From an uncultured Thiomicrospira sp. (lineage in GTDB: Bacteria > Pseudomonadota > Gammaproteobacteria > CAKMZV01): a stretch of 64,000 nt of DNA. Each line of letters opens with the position of its first letter. The first letter of the stretch is position 1. The notes beneath the pieces are model-generated. The model was not told where the DNA came from. It saw only the letters and a program-made list of their open reading frames with translations, and did no database searches. Shown here one piece after another: positions 1 through 8,165 of the stretch. The position numbers and the translations under genes are program-made. The stretch lies in NCBI GenBank assembly GCA_965195345.1, contig OZ239628.1, positions 1,568,001-1,632,000 on the forward strand. Reading direction: 5' to 3'.

Positions 1-298
1 GATCGTTATAACTGTAAGTATGGTTATATGATTGCTGAGGAGCCACGACCGAATGCGTTAAGATACGATCCATATGATCATAGCTCATACTCTCTTGACG
101 AGTGAGTACATAGTCTTGTTTCGATACTAAATTGTTCATCGCATCGTAACTAAACTCCAAATCCTGTATATTGGTGTTATCACCTTTAAGCATATTACCC
201 GTCTGCAAACCCATCAAATAACCACTCGCTTGATCGTAATCAAAACTACTCATCAAACTATTACCGCACAAGGCTCGGGTACGCCCCTCAACATCCGT
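1..298 (-). pseudogene. RHS/YD-repeat protein fragment (5'-truncated, runs off the left edge)
   Basis: Manual minus-strand translation gives TDVEGRTRALCGNSLMSSFDYDQASGYLMGLQTG...IQDLEFSYDAMNNLVSKQDYVLTRQESMSYDHMDRIL...HTYSYND, with periodic YD motifs typical of RHS cores. An in-frame TAA lies immediately upstream at 299-301; the first ATG is at 253. Confidence 0.75.
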
Positions 299-540
299 TT
301 AATTAATCAATAGATGGATGCCGTTATAAAAGGCATTCCATTTTATTACGAAACCTGTTTTTTATAATTTACAGGATATATGGGACGTTAATTAAGACCC
401 TATCAGCCATTAACGGCAATGGAAATTTATAATTTCATCCAAACATTTGAGATTTGTCGAAAAATGCGATAAGCGATCAATGATCCTTCATTTCTCTAAT
501 GATTTTTCAACACGATCAAAGAGCAAAACACGTGAGCCGA

Positions 541-569
541 AAATTAAAACGCCCCCACTAGGGAGGGCG
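541..569 (-). terminator. Intrinsic terminator of the tracrRNA
   Basis: GC-rich stem CGCCCTC/GGGGGCG followed by TTTTAATTT on the minus strand. Confidence 0.7.
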
Positions 570-656
570 ATGGCTCGTATTGAAACTTCGCCTGCGAAAT
601 TAAAATTTCTTGGTATGAAAAGCTATTTCGTCAGATTCCTATCAGTTATACTAAGT
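541..656 (-). ncRNA. tracrRNA
   Basis: Plus-strand 630-650 (GTCAGATTCCTATCAGTTATA) is a 21-nt exact match to the repeat in crRNA orientation. The minus strand reads anti-repeat TATAACTGATAGGAATCTGAC, then TCATACC (pairs with crRNA GUUGUGA), then a nexus-like hairpin GAAAT-TTTA-ATTTC, then a terminator CGCCCTC-CCTAGT-GGGGGCG-TTTT. Ends are approximate. Confidence 0.8.
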
Positions 657-686
657 AAATACATTTTAACTTCAAAAGAGAATTCT

Positions 687-3600
687 ATGTTAAAAATATT
701 TAGTTACGATATTGGTAGTAATAGTTTAGGGTGGAGTTATCTTCATAGACCCACTGAATACAATAAAGAAATAACAGGCGAACTAATTGATTGTGGTGTC
801 AGGATTTTCCTTGAAGCTGCGCAAGAAGGAAAACCACCTAAAAACGCTGACCGCCGAAAATATAGACTATTGCGCCGTGTTATTCAAAGACGTGCGAGGC
901 GGAAAGAAAAATTAGAGAACATTTTAATTAAAAACGATTTGCTTCCTGAGCACGTTAAAGATGCAAAACAAAGAGAGCGTTGCTTGAACGAATTAGGCAA
1001 TCCTTATACACTTCGAGCTAATGCTTTAGATAATCGACTTAAACCTTATGAGTTAGGTCGCGCCATCTTACACATTGGACAGCGCCGAGGCTTCTTGAGT
1101 ACTAAAAAAAATATTCTGGGAGATCTTGCCAATAATCCCGATATGATTGATTTGATGGACGACCAAGACGATTTGGAATATCTTGATGAAAGTCAACAAA
1201 AAGAAGAAACTGCATTTAAAGAATCGATCACAAAACTCAATGAAAAAATAAAGGATGCAAACGCTCGTACCTTAGGTGAATTCTTACACTTCCATCTACA
1301 GGATCCAAATAATCATTCTCGTAACCGAAATCATGCGCATGAAGATTTCTTGCGTACTGAGCGCAAAATGTATGAAGATGAATTGGCGCTTCTTTTCAAA
1401 AAACAAAAAGACCATCACAGCGCATTGACCAACCAATTTATAAAAGAAATAACAGATACAATATTTTTTCAACGCCCGCTCAAACTGAAAAAAAATCGCA
1501 TCGGCAAGTGTAGTCTTGAAAAGTCTCGATATCGTTGCGCTCTTGCACGACTTGAAGCGCAGCGTTTCAGATATATGAGCTTCATCGGCAATATTCGCTA
1601 TAACGGAGAATTTGGAAAAGAGGAACCGTTGACCCAAGAGCAACGAAAAGCCTTACACAATCTTTTTGAAAAAAATCCAAAAGTAACCATTACTAAATTT
1701 CGTCAAGCCGTTGGTTTTAATACCCGTGTGAAAATAAATTATTCAACAGCAGACTTTTCTAAACAAGCCATAGGCAACACGACGGCTTGCGCCATAGCAA
1801 AAGTATTTGAAGATTTTGATAAACAAGCCATAAAAAGCAACTCCACAGCTTGCGCCATAGAAAAAAAATGGGGCAACCTATCGCCTGCCAAACAAACCGC
1901 TTTGGTTGAGGATTTATTAACGATTAGATCAAAAAAAGCACTGTTCAACAGGCTACACTCAAAATGGGAGTTTGATCGTGATTTGAGCTTGAGATTGTGT
2001 ACAGTTACTCTTGACCCCAAACACTCGAATCTCTCCTTAAAAGCCATTAATAAAATACTTCCGCATTTGGAAAATGGTCATACCCTTAGTTGCGCAATAA
2101 ATCAGGCAAAATACGAGAAAAAATTAGATGATAATACAAAAATCAATGATCAAAAAGATTCATTAGATAAACTGCCCCTCCCCCCCGTTTTACCAAACCC
2201 AATCGTTAATCGTGGTATGAGCGAATTACGTCGCGTAGTAAATGCCATGATTTTAGAATTCGGCAAACCCGACCTGATTTGTATAGAGTTGGCAAGAGAC
2301 ATTGTGCAATCGAAAAAAAGTAGAAATGCCATAAAAAAACAAAATGATCGTAATGCAAAAATGAACGATGAAGCTAAAAGTGAATACGAAGTGTATGCCT
2401 CCAAACATCGATTAAGCCCTTACGCAAATAGAGAACAAAAATTGAAGTATCGCTTGTGGAAAGATCAAGATTATCAATGCATTTACAGCAATGAGAAAAT
2501 TTCAATAAATCAGCTATTTTCAGCAGAAATTGAAATTGATCACATTGTGCCCCTAAGCAAGAGCCTAGATGATTCTTATATGAATAAAGTTGTTTGTTTT
2601 TCAAATGAAAACAGAACCAAAGGACAACGAACACCTATAGAGGCTTTTGGAGGGAATGATCAAAAATGGCAAGATATAACACATTCATTAAAAGAGTGGA
2701 GCGATGATTTAACATCAAAAAGAAAACGTTTTTATATGACAAAAGAACAAATGAACGAGCATGACTTTACCAAGGCTCAATTAGTTAACAGCGGTTATCT
2801 CGCACGCGAAGCCCATAAATACCTTAAACAACTGGGGGTAGAAGTATTACCTACAAAAGGGCGAGCTGTTAGCTGGCTCCGCGCACAATGGGATCTCAAC
2901 CGTCTTATTAGTGAGGATACGACGAAAAACCGCGAAGATCACCGACACCATGCTATAGATGCGTGTGTGATTGCGCTAACAAACCGTTCACTTTATCAAC
3001 ACCTTGCTAACAACGCAGAAGATGTTGAACAAGGCAGAAAGACTCGCTATAAAGCGCCCGATTTGAGTGACCACCTGAAAAAAACACTAACAGATAAAAT
3101 AGATAAACTTATCATCTCACACCAAGTCATGCGTAAAGTAAAAGGTGCCCTTCATAAGGAAACAGGGCGTGGCTATAATGAACGCCTTAAGATTGCCTAC
3201 TCGCGTAAGCGCGTAGATAAAGATCTTTCAGTCAAAGATATTATTGATCCAATAGTTAAAGAACAAGTACTCCAACATATTCAAAACCATGACGGTGACG
3301 TAAAAAAAGCATTTGCTGAAACAGTATTCCACAAAGATGGAAAAACACCCATTCATCGAGTGCGAATCATTAGTGGATCAAATCTATCCCCTGAAAAAAA
3401 TGCAAAAACTAAACTTGGTATTAAAAGAAAAGGCGCAAATAATGAAATATTCCGTTGGATGAACTATGGAAATACGCATTGTGTGCATGTTTATCAAATA
3501 CAAGACAAATTAAATTGCAAGTTTATCACTTCTTGGGAAGCGGCACAAAAAACAAGAGGAAACCGCCTTCAAATACCCATCAACATTAAGGAAAATCAAA

Positions 3601-3824
3601 ATTTTTTAATGACACTTTATAAAAATGATACTGTACGCATTGCTGGCGAATTGTATCGCGTTCAAAAATTAGATTTACAAAGTAAAAGAATAACTGTGAG
3701 AAAAATACGCGAAGCAACAATAGACAATAAAGAGACAATGTTGCATAAAACCGTTGTTAAGTTTGTTGAAGAAGGGATGAAAAAAGTCAGGATTAATGTG
3801 TTGGGAAAAATAATAGCAAGGTAA
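687..3824 (+). CDS. cas9: Type II-C CRISPR endonuclease Cas9 (~1045 aa)
   Basis: RuvC-I (FSYDIGSNSLGW), Arg-rich bridge helix, RuvC-II (ICIELARD), HNH (EIDHIVPLSKSLDDSYMNKVVC...N..KG) and RuvC-III (HRHHAIDA) are all intact. Start placed at ATG 687 because the upstream ORF extension overlaps the tracrRNA. Confidence 0.97.
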   Translation: MLKIFSYDIGSNSLGWSYLHRPTEYNKEITGELIDCGVRIFLEAAQEGKPPKNADRRKYRLLRRVIQRRARRKEKLENILIKNDLLPEHVKDAKQRERCLNELGNPYTLRANALDNRLKPYELGRAILHIGQRRGFLSTKKNILGDLANNPDMIDLMDDQDDLEYLDESQQKEETAFKESITKLNEKIKDANARTLGEFLHFHLQDPNNHSRNRNHAHEDFLRTERKMYEDELALLFKKQKDHHSALTNQFIKEITDTIFFQRPLKLKKNRIGKCSLEKSRYRCALARLEAQRFRYMSFIGNIRYNGEFGKEEPLTQEQRKALHNLFEKNPKVTITKFRQAVGFNTRVKINYSTADFSKQAIGNTTACAIAKVFEDFDKQAIKSNSTACAIEKKWGNLSPAKQTALVEDLLTIRSKKALFNRLHSKWEFDRDLSLRLCTVTLDPKHSNLSLKAINKILPHLENGHTLSCAINQAKYEKKLDDNTKINDQKDSLDKLPLPPVLPNPIVNRGMSELRRVVNAMILEFGKPDLICIELARDIVQSKKSRNAIKKQNDRNAKMNDEAKSEYEVYASKHRLSPYANREQKLKYRLWKDQDYQCIYSNEKISINQLFSAEIEIDHIVPLSKSLDDSYMNKVVCFSNENRTKGQRTPIEAFGGNDQKWQDITHSLKEWSDDLTSKRKRFYMTKEQMNEHDFTKAQLVNSGYLAREAHKYLKQLGVEVLPTKGRAVSWLRAQWDLNRLISEDTTKNREDHRHHAIDACVIALTNRSLYQHLANNAEDVEQGRKTRYKAPDLSDHLKKTLTDKIDKLIISHQVMRKVKGALHKETGRGYNERLKIAYSRKRVDKDLSVKDIIDPIVKEQVLQHIQNHDGDVKKAFAETVFHKDGKTPIHRVRIISGSNLSPEKNAKTKLGIKRKGANNEIFRWMNYGNTHCVHVYQIQDKLNCKFITSWEAAQKTRGNRLQIPINIKENQNFLMTLYKNDTVRIAGELYRVQKLDLQSKRITVRKIREATIDNKETMLHKTVVKFVEEGMKKVRINVLGKIIAR

Positions 3825-3827
3825 CTC

Positions 3828-4742
3828 GTGATTAAAAGAATCATTGATATTGCCCAACCAAGTATGCTTTCAATAAAGAACAATCAATTATGTATTCAGC
3901 AAAACAAAGAGATTGTTAGCCAAACCCCTGTAGAAGATCTCGGTATATTGATTTTTTCACATTATGCTATTACATTATCATCTTATGTCATTAGCAAATG
4001 CCAAGAGAATAATGTAGTGGTCATCTTCTGCGATAAGAGAATGCTCCCCTGCTCCGTGTTCCTCCCTATATTTCAAGCAAACAATTTGCACCATAAAGTA
4101 CTCCAGCAACAGATGAATGCTTCGGTAACAAAGCACAAACAACTTTGGAAACAAGTCGTTACTCATAAAATAGATCAACAGTCTAAGACATTGAAAAAAC
4201 TTAATAGGCCGACTGCGTATTTACAACGGGTGATGAAAAACATTCTAACAGGCGATCGAACAAACGTTGAAGCACAAGCTGCACAATATTACTGGAAACA
4301 TTTGTTTGGAAAACCCTTTAAGCGCGACACAGCCCTTGATGGGTACAATCAACTATTCAATTACGGCTACGCTATAGCACGTTCAATGGTTGCGCGCGCG
4401 TTATGTGGCGCAGGGCTTCACCCTACCATTGGTATATTTCATCGCAATCAAAACAATGGGCTATGTTTAGCCGATGATTTAATTGAACCTTTTCGTCCTT
4501 GGGTTGATTATCTAATTGTTACACATCTCAATGATTGCGATAATGCAACAGTCGATAAGCTTTTCAAGTCTCGGATTCTTTCGTTACCTGCACTGCAAAT
4601 CCAGTATAAAAGCAAACGCATGCCATTGATGGTTGCTCTGCATTATTTAATGGCAGATTTCAAAGAAGGATTGAGCAGACCTCTAAAATTGGAGTATCCA
4701 CAATGGGATCGAGACATCACCGAGTGGTTTACGGAGGATTAG
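3828..4742 (+). CDS. cas1: Type II CRISPR-associated integrase Cas1
   Basis: NVEAQAAQYYW, FNYGYAIARS, GIFHRN and LADDLIEPFRP motifs; directly after cas9. Confidence 0.97.
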   Translation: MIKRIIDIAQPSMLSIKNNQLCIQQNKEIVSQTPVEDLGILIFSHYAITLSSYVISKCQENNVVVIFCDKRMLPCSVFLPIFQANNLHHKVLQQQMNASVTKHKQLWKQVVTHKIDQQSKTLKKLNRPTAYLQRVMKNILTGDRTNVEAQAAQYYWKHLFGKPFKRDTALDGYNQLFNYGYAIARSMVARALCGAGLHPTIGIFHRNQNNGLCLADDLIEPFRPWVDYLIVTHLNDCDNATVDKLFKSRILSLPALQIQYKSKRMPLMVALHYLMADFKEGLSRPLKLEYPQWDRDITEWFTED

Positions 4743-5053
4743 ACAGCATGTGGGTTATCGTACTTTTCGATTTACCAACAGATACCAAGAAAGCACGCAG
4801 ACAATACACGCTATTTCGCAAGCACCTATTAAACGATGGTTTCACCATGATGCAGTATTCAGTTTATATGCGCCACAGTGCGAGCGATGAAAATGCTGAA
4901 GTTCATGTAAAGAGAGTAAAGCAAACATTACCTCCCGATGGAGAAGTGCGAATTATAAAAATTACTGATAAGCAGTTCTCACGTATTCAAGTATTTTATG
5001 GGAAAAACCGCAAACCCATCGAACAAGCCCCATCACAATTATCACTTTTATGA
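4724..5053 (+). CDS. cas2: CRISPR-associated endoribonuclease Cas2
   Basis: MWVIVLFDLP...FRKHLLNDGFTMMQYSVY...ITDKQF motifs. The start is uncertain (GTG 4724 or ATG 4748). No csn2 or cas4 follows, which indicates subtype II-C. Confidence 0.95.
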   Translation: MVYGGLDSMWVIVLFDLPTDTKKARRQYTLFRKHLLNDGFTMMQYSVYMRHSASDENAEVHVKRVKQTLPPDGEVRIIKITDKQFSRIQVFYGKNRKPIEQAPSQLSLL

Positions 5054-5103
5054 CAATCTTAACGGGGCTAAATTTAACAAAATCAAATATTTACAACAAC
5101 TCA
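5054..5103. promoter_or_regulatory. Probable CRISPR leader (spacer-integration end)
   Basis: Short AT-rich stretch between cas2 and repeat 1. The degenerate repeats lie at the opposite end, consistent with II-C polarity. Confidence 0.55.
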
Positions 5104-7750
5104 GATTATAACTGATAGGAATCTGACTGCAAATCACAACTACAAACGTATACGAAGACCTTTTGAGAAGATTATAACTGATAGGAATCTGACTGCAAAT
5201 CACAACTCTCAGAATTACAGCTCCGTAATTCCTCACGATTATAACTGATAGGAATCTGACTGCAAATCACAACCTCCAGACAAGACTATGTTATTCAGTC
5301 GGTGATTATAACTGATAGGAATCTGACTGCAAATCACAACAGACAAAGTGCCACCGCCATCAGCGCAAGAGATTATAACTGATAGGAATCTGACTGCAAA
5401 TCACAACCGGATATACGGCTGTTAATAAACGTTAGCTGATTATAACTGATAGGAATCTGACTGCAAATCACAACCTCTAAGGGTGTGCATGATGATATTG
5501 TGGAGATTATAACTGATAGGAATCTGACTGCAAATCACAACTGAGCGGCGACAGCGTAATTGTGCTTTCTGGATTATAACTGATAGGAATCTGACTGCAA
5601 ATCACAACTTTGACAAATACCTCCCCGATTGCAACCATGATTATAACTGATAGGAATCTGACTGCAAATCACAACACGTTAATACCTTTAATCACTTTAT
5701 TTTTTGATTATAACTGATAGGAATCTGACTGCAAATCACAACGCTAAGCAGGTTGTAGAAAAACCTGATATGGATTATAACTGATAGGAATCTGACTGCA
5801 AATCACAACTCTTCTAATGTCACTACTGCCATTGTTCTTGATTATAACTGATAGGAATCTGACTGCAAATCACAACTATTATAACTCACTCCCATTGGTT
5901 TAGCAGATTATAACTGATAGGAATCTGACTGCAAATCACAACTATGAATAATCCAGCTTACACCTACAGAGAGATTATAACTGATAGGAATCTGACTGCA
6001 AATCACAACTTGTGTTGATGATTTGGCACTTGAAATTTTGATTATAACTGATAGGAATCTGACTGCAAATCACAACAAAAATGACGCAAGAAGAATTTAA
6101 CGATTTGATTATAACTGATAGGAATCTGACTGCAAATCACAACCTGTAGTTTAGTAGGTATTTGTTGCTGCGGGATTATAACTGATAGGAATCTGACTGC
6201 AAATCACAACAATGAACAGTAAAACCCAGTTCAGCATCTGGATTATAACTGATAGGAATCTGACTGCAAATCACAACTTGTGTATGTGTCTATCAATTGT
6301 TGAACAGATTATAACTGATAGGAATCTGACTGCAAATCACAACAGCCAAGCACAAACATATCAGTCCCTTTGGGATTATAACTGATAGGAATCTGACTGC
6401 AAATCACAACTTGAGCATAGGCAGTAGCAAAAAGGAAGTAGATTATAACTGATAGGAATCTGACTGCAAATCACAACTGAAACAGCTGTGGTATCTTTTT
6501 CAGTGATGATTATAACTGATAGGAATCTGACTGCAAATCACAACTTGTGGCCAATGGGAGCGTTACTTCATAGCGATTATAACTGATAGGAATCTGACTG
6601 CAAATCACAACTACAAAGGTAATCTCACAAAAAGTCAAACTGATTATAACTGATAGGAATCTGACTGCAAATCACAACTCAAAATCAAGAATGATGCGAC
6701 TGGAACATGATTATAACTGATAGGAATCTGACTGCAAATCACAACTCTACAAAGGTTCTTTTATATCTATGGAAAGATTATAACTGATAGGAATCTGACT
6801 GCAAATCACAACCATTTTAGTCGTCTTTAATCATGGAGTGCGGATTATAACTGATAGGAATCTGACTGCAAATCACAACTTCTTCCGTGACCACCCTCTA
6901 CTGCAATTTGATTATAACTGATAGGAATCTGACTGCAAATCACAACTTATTGAAAAAATACATCGACCGCTGTAGTGATTATAACTGATAGGAATCTGAC
7001 TGCAAATCACAACTATGCTCACAAAACTATCAAACAGCCATTTGATTATAACTGATAGGAATCTGACTGCAAATCACAACTGTTACTGAAGAAGATAGGC
7101 TAATTATCTGGATTATAACTGATAGGAATCTGACTGCAAATCACAACAAGAGGTTGTGTTTAATGGAATATTTACCTGATTATAACTGATAGGAATCTGA
7201 CTGCAAATCACAACTGTTACTGAAGAAGATAGGCTAATTATCTGGATTATAACTGATAGGAATCTGACTGCAAATCACAACAAGAGGTTGTGTTTAATGG
7301 AATATTTACCTGATTATAACTGATAGGAATCTGACTGCAAATCACAACTAAGCATTTGCGCACTAAAAGAAGCCCTGCGATTATAACTGATAGGAATCTG
7401 ACTGCAAATCACAACTCTCAGCCTTTGGCGTGTCATTTATTTTCTGATTATAACTGATAGGAATCTGACTGCAAATCACAACTAAGTAGAAGGTGCTATT
7501 CGCAGATGAATAGATTATAACTGATAGGAATCTGACTGCAAATCACAACGGGGGTGGGCGTGTGCGTTTTCAAAACCAAGATTATAACTGATAGGAATCT
7601 GACTGCAAATCACAACACTAAGAACTAACGCAAATTCTACAACCGAGATTATAACTGATAGGAATCTGACTGCAAATCACAACTGTGACATTAGTCGGGG
7701 TGGCAGGAGTGGGGATTATAACTGATAGGAATCTGACTGCAAATCACAAC
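5104..7750 (-). CRISPR. CRISPR array: 40 identical 37-bp repeats and 39 spacers of 29-30 bp
   Basis: Plus-strand repeat GATTATAACTGATAGGAATCTGACTGCAAATCACAAC, period 66-67 bp, starts 5104 to 7714. The minus orientation (GTTGTGATTTGC...CAGTTATAATC) begins GTT and carries a TATAAT -10 box at its 3' end, as in II-C arrays with repeat-internal promoters. Confidence 0.98.
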
Positions 7751-7779
7751 TGGTTAGGATAATGGGATTTAGAAAAGAA

Positions 7780-7803
7780 GACTTTGCGCGCATGCAAACA
7801 ATC
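7780..7803 (-). terminator. Weak hairpin or possible terminator after the small ORF
   Basis: Minus strand TTTGC-ATGCGC-GCAAA followed by GTCTTCTTTTCT, just downstream of the stop at 7814. Confidence 0.35.
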
Positions 7804-7813
7804 GAGCGTGCTT

Positions 7814-7903
7814 TTATTTTAAAAACAATTGCCGAATAATCTCGACAAGCGAACGGTAAAAGATAACGATGCACACGAGCATTCCAAGTATTATTAACTC
7901 CAT
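7814..7903 (-). CDS. Unannotated 29-aa hydrophobic peptide, type I toxin-like
   Basis: ATG GAG TTA...AAA TAA translates as MELIILGMLVCIVIFYRSLVEIIRQLFLK: a TM-length hydrophobic run plus an amphipathic basic tail. An extended -10 lies 7 nt upstream of the ATG. Confidence 0.5.
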   Translation of the reverse strand: MELIILGMLVCIVIFYRSLVEIIRQLFLK

Positions 7904-7910
7904 TAGAGGG

Positions 7911-7938
7911 ATTGTAGCATGAATGATTTAAGAGTTAA
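7911..7938 (-). promoter_or_regulatory. Putative sigma70 promoter for the small ORF / pre-crRNA
   Basis: Minus strand TTAACT-16 nt-TACAAT with a TG extension (TGCTACAAT). The predicted start at ~7903-7904 implies a leaderless mRNA. Confidence 0.5.
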
Positions 7939-7944
7939 TATTGA

Positions 7945-8024
7945 GATTATAACTGGTAGGAATCTGACTGCAAATCACAATCTCGCAGTTAAAGCAATAC
8001 CTATAAGGTCAGGTAATAACTTAT
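7945..8024. CRISPR. Isolated degenerate repeat, 30-bp spacer-like segment and eroded repeat remnant
   Basis: 7945-7981 is the repeat with 2 substitutions (GATTATAACTGGTAGG...CACAAT). Exactly 67 bp later, at 8012, GGTAATAACTTAT matches the repeat start at 10/13 positions. Confidence 0.75.
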
Positions 8025-8103
8025 CATCTTTCATTTCCTGAATAACGTTTTCTTTTTGCCATCTCAAGTTAAATCGTGGACAATATGCATATTACCAAAA
8101 TCA

Positions 8104-8136
8104 TAAAAAACGGGGGTTTTTCCTTCAAAAACCCCC
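8104..8136 (-). terminator. Strong hairpin with U-tract on the minus strand
   Basis: GGGGGTTTTT-CCTTC-AAAAACCCCC is a perfect 10-bp inverted repeat at 8112-8136, with an A-run at 8105-8110. Confidence 0.6.
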
Positions 8137-8165
8137 ACTAAATAGACTGGAGCAGTTTTATCAGC

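Noticed and set aside
447-686. 80-aa N-terminal extension of Cas9 in the ORF track
   Set aside because: It starts at TTG and overlaps the tracrRNA and its terminator. RuvC-I normally lies within ~10 aa of the start, which fits ATG 687.
5048-5236. 62-aa minus-strand ORF with repeated VVICSQIPISYN
   Set aside because: It is just translation through CRISPR repeats.
5877-5886. Spacer 12 starts TATTATAACT, resembling the repeat start
   Set aside because: A 9-nt AT-rich match is compatible with chance.
5141-7713. Self-targeting spacers
   Set aside because: No match to the window was noticed, but a manual search is not exhaustive.
7751-8011. Terminal spacer-like segments as Cas9 guides against the cas9 or peptide promoters
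   Set aside because: By eye I found only 6-9-nt matches without an intact seed (e.g. TTTAACT near 665, TTAACTGCG near 44952). A genome-wide search is needed.
7919-8041. 40-codon plus-strand ORF (MNDLRVNIEIITGRNLTANH...) with an AGAGGG SD-like site
   Set aside because: It reads through the isolated repeat and has no recognisable features. Probably chance, though worth a look in Ribo-seq.
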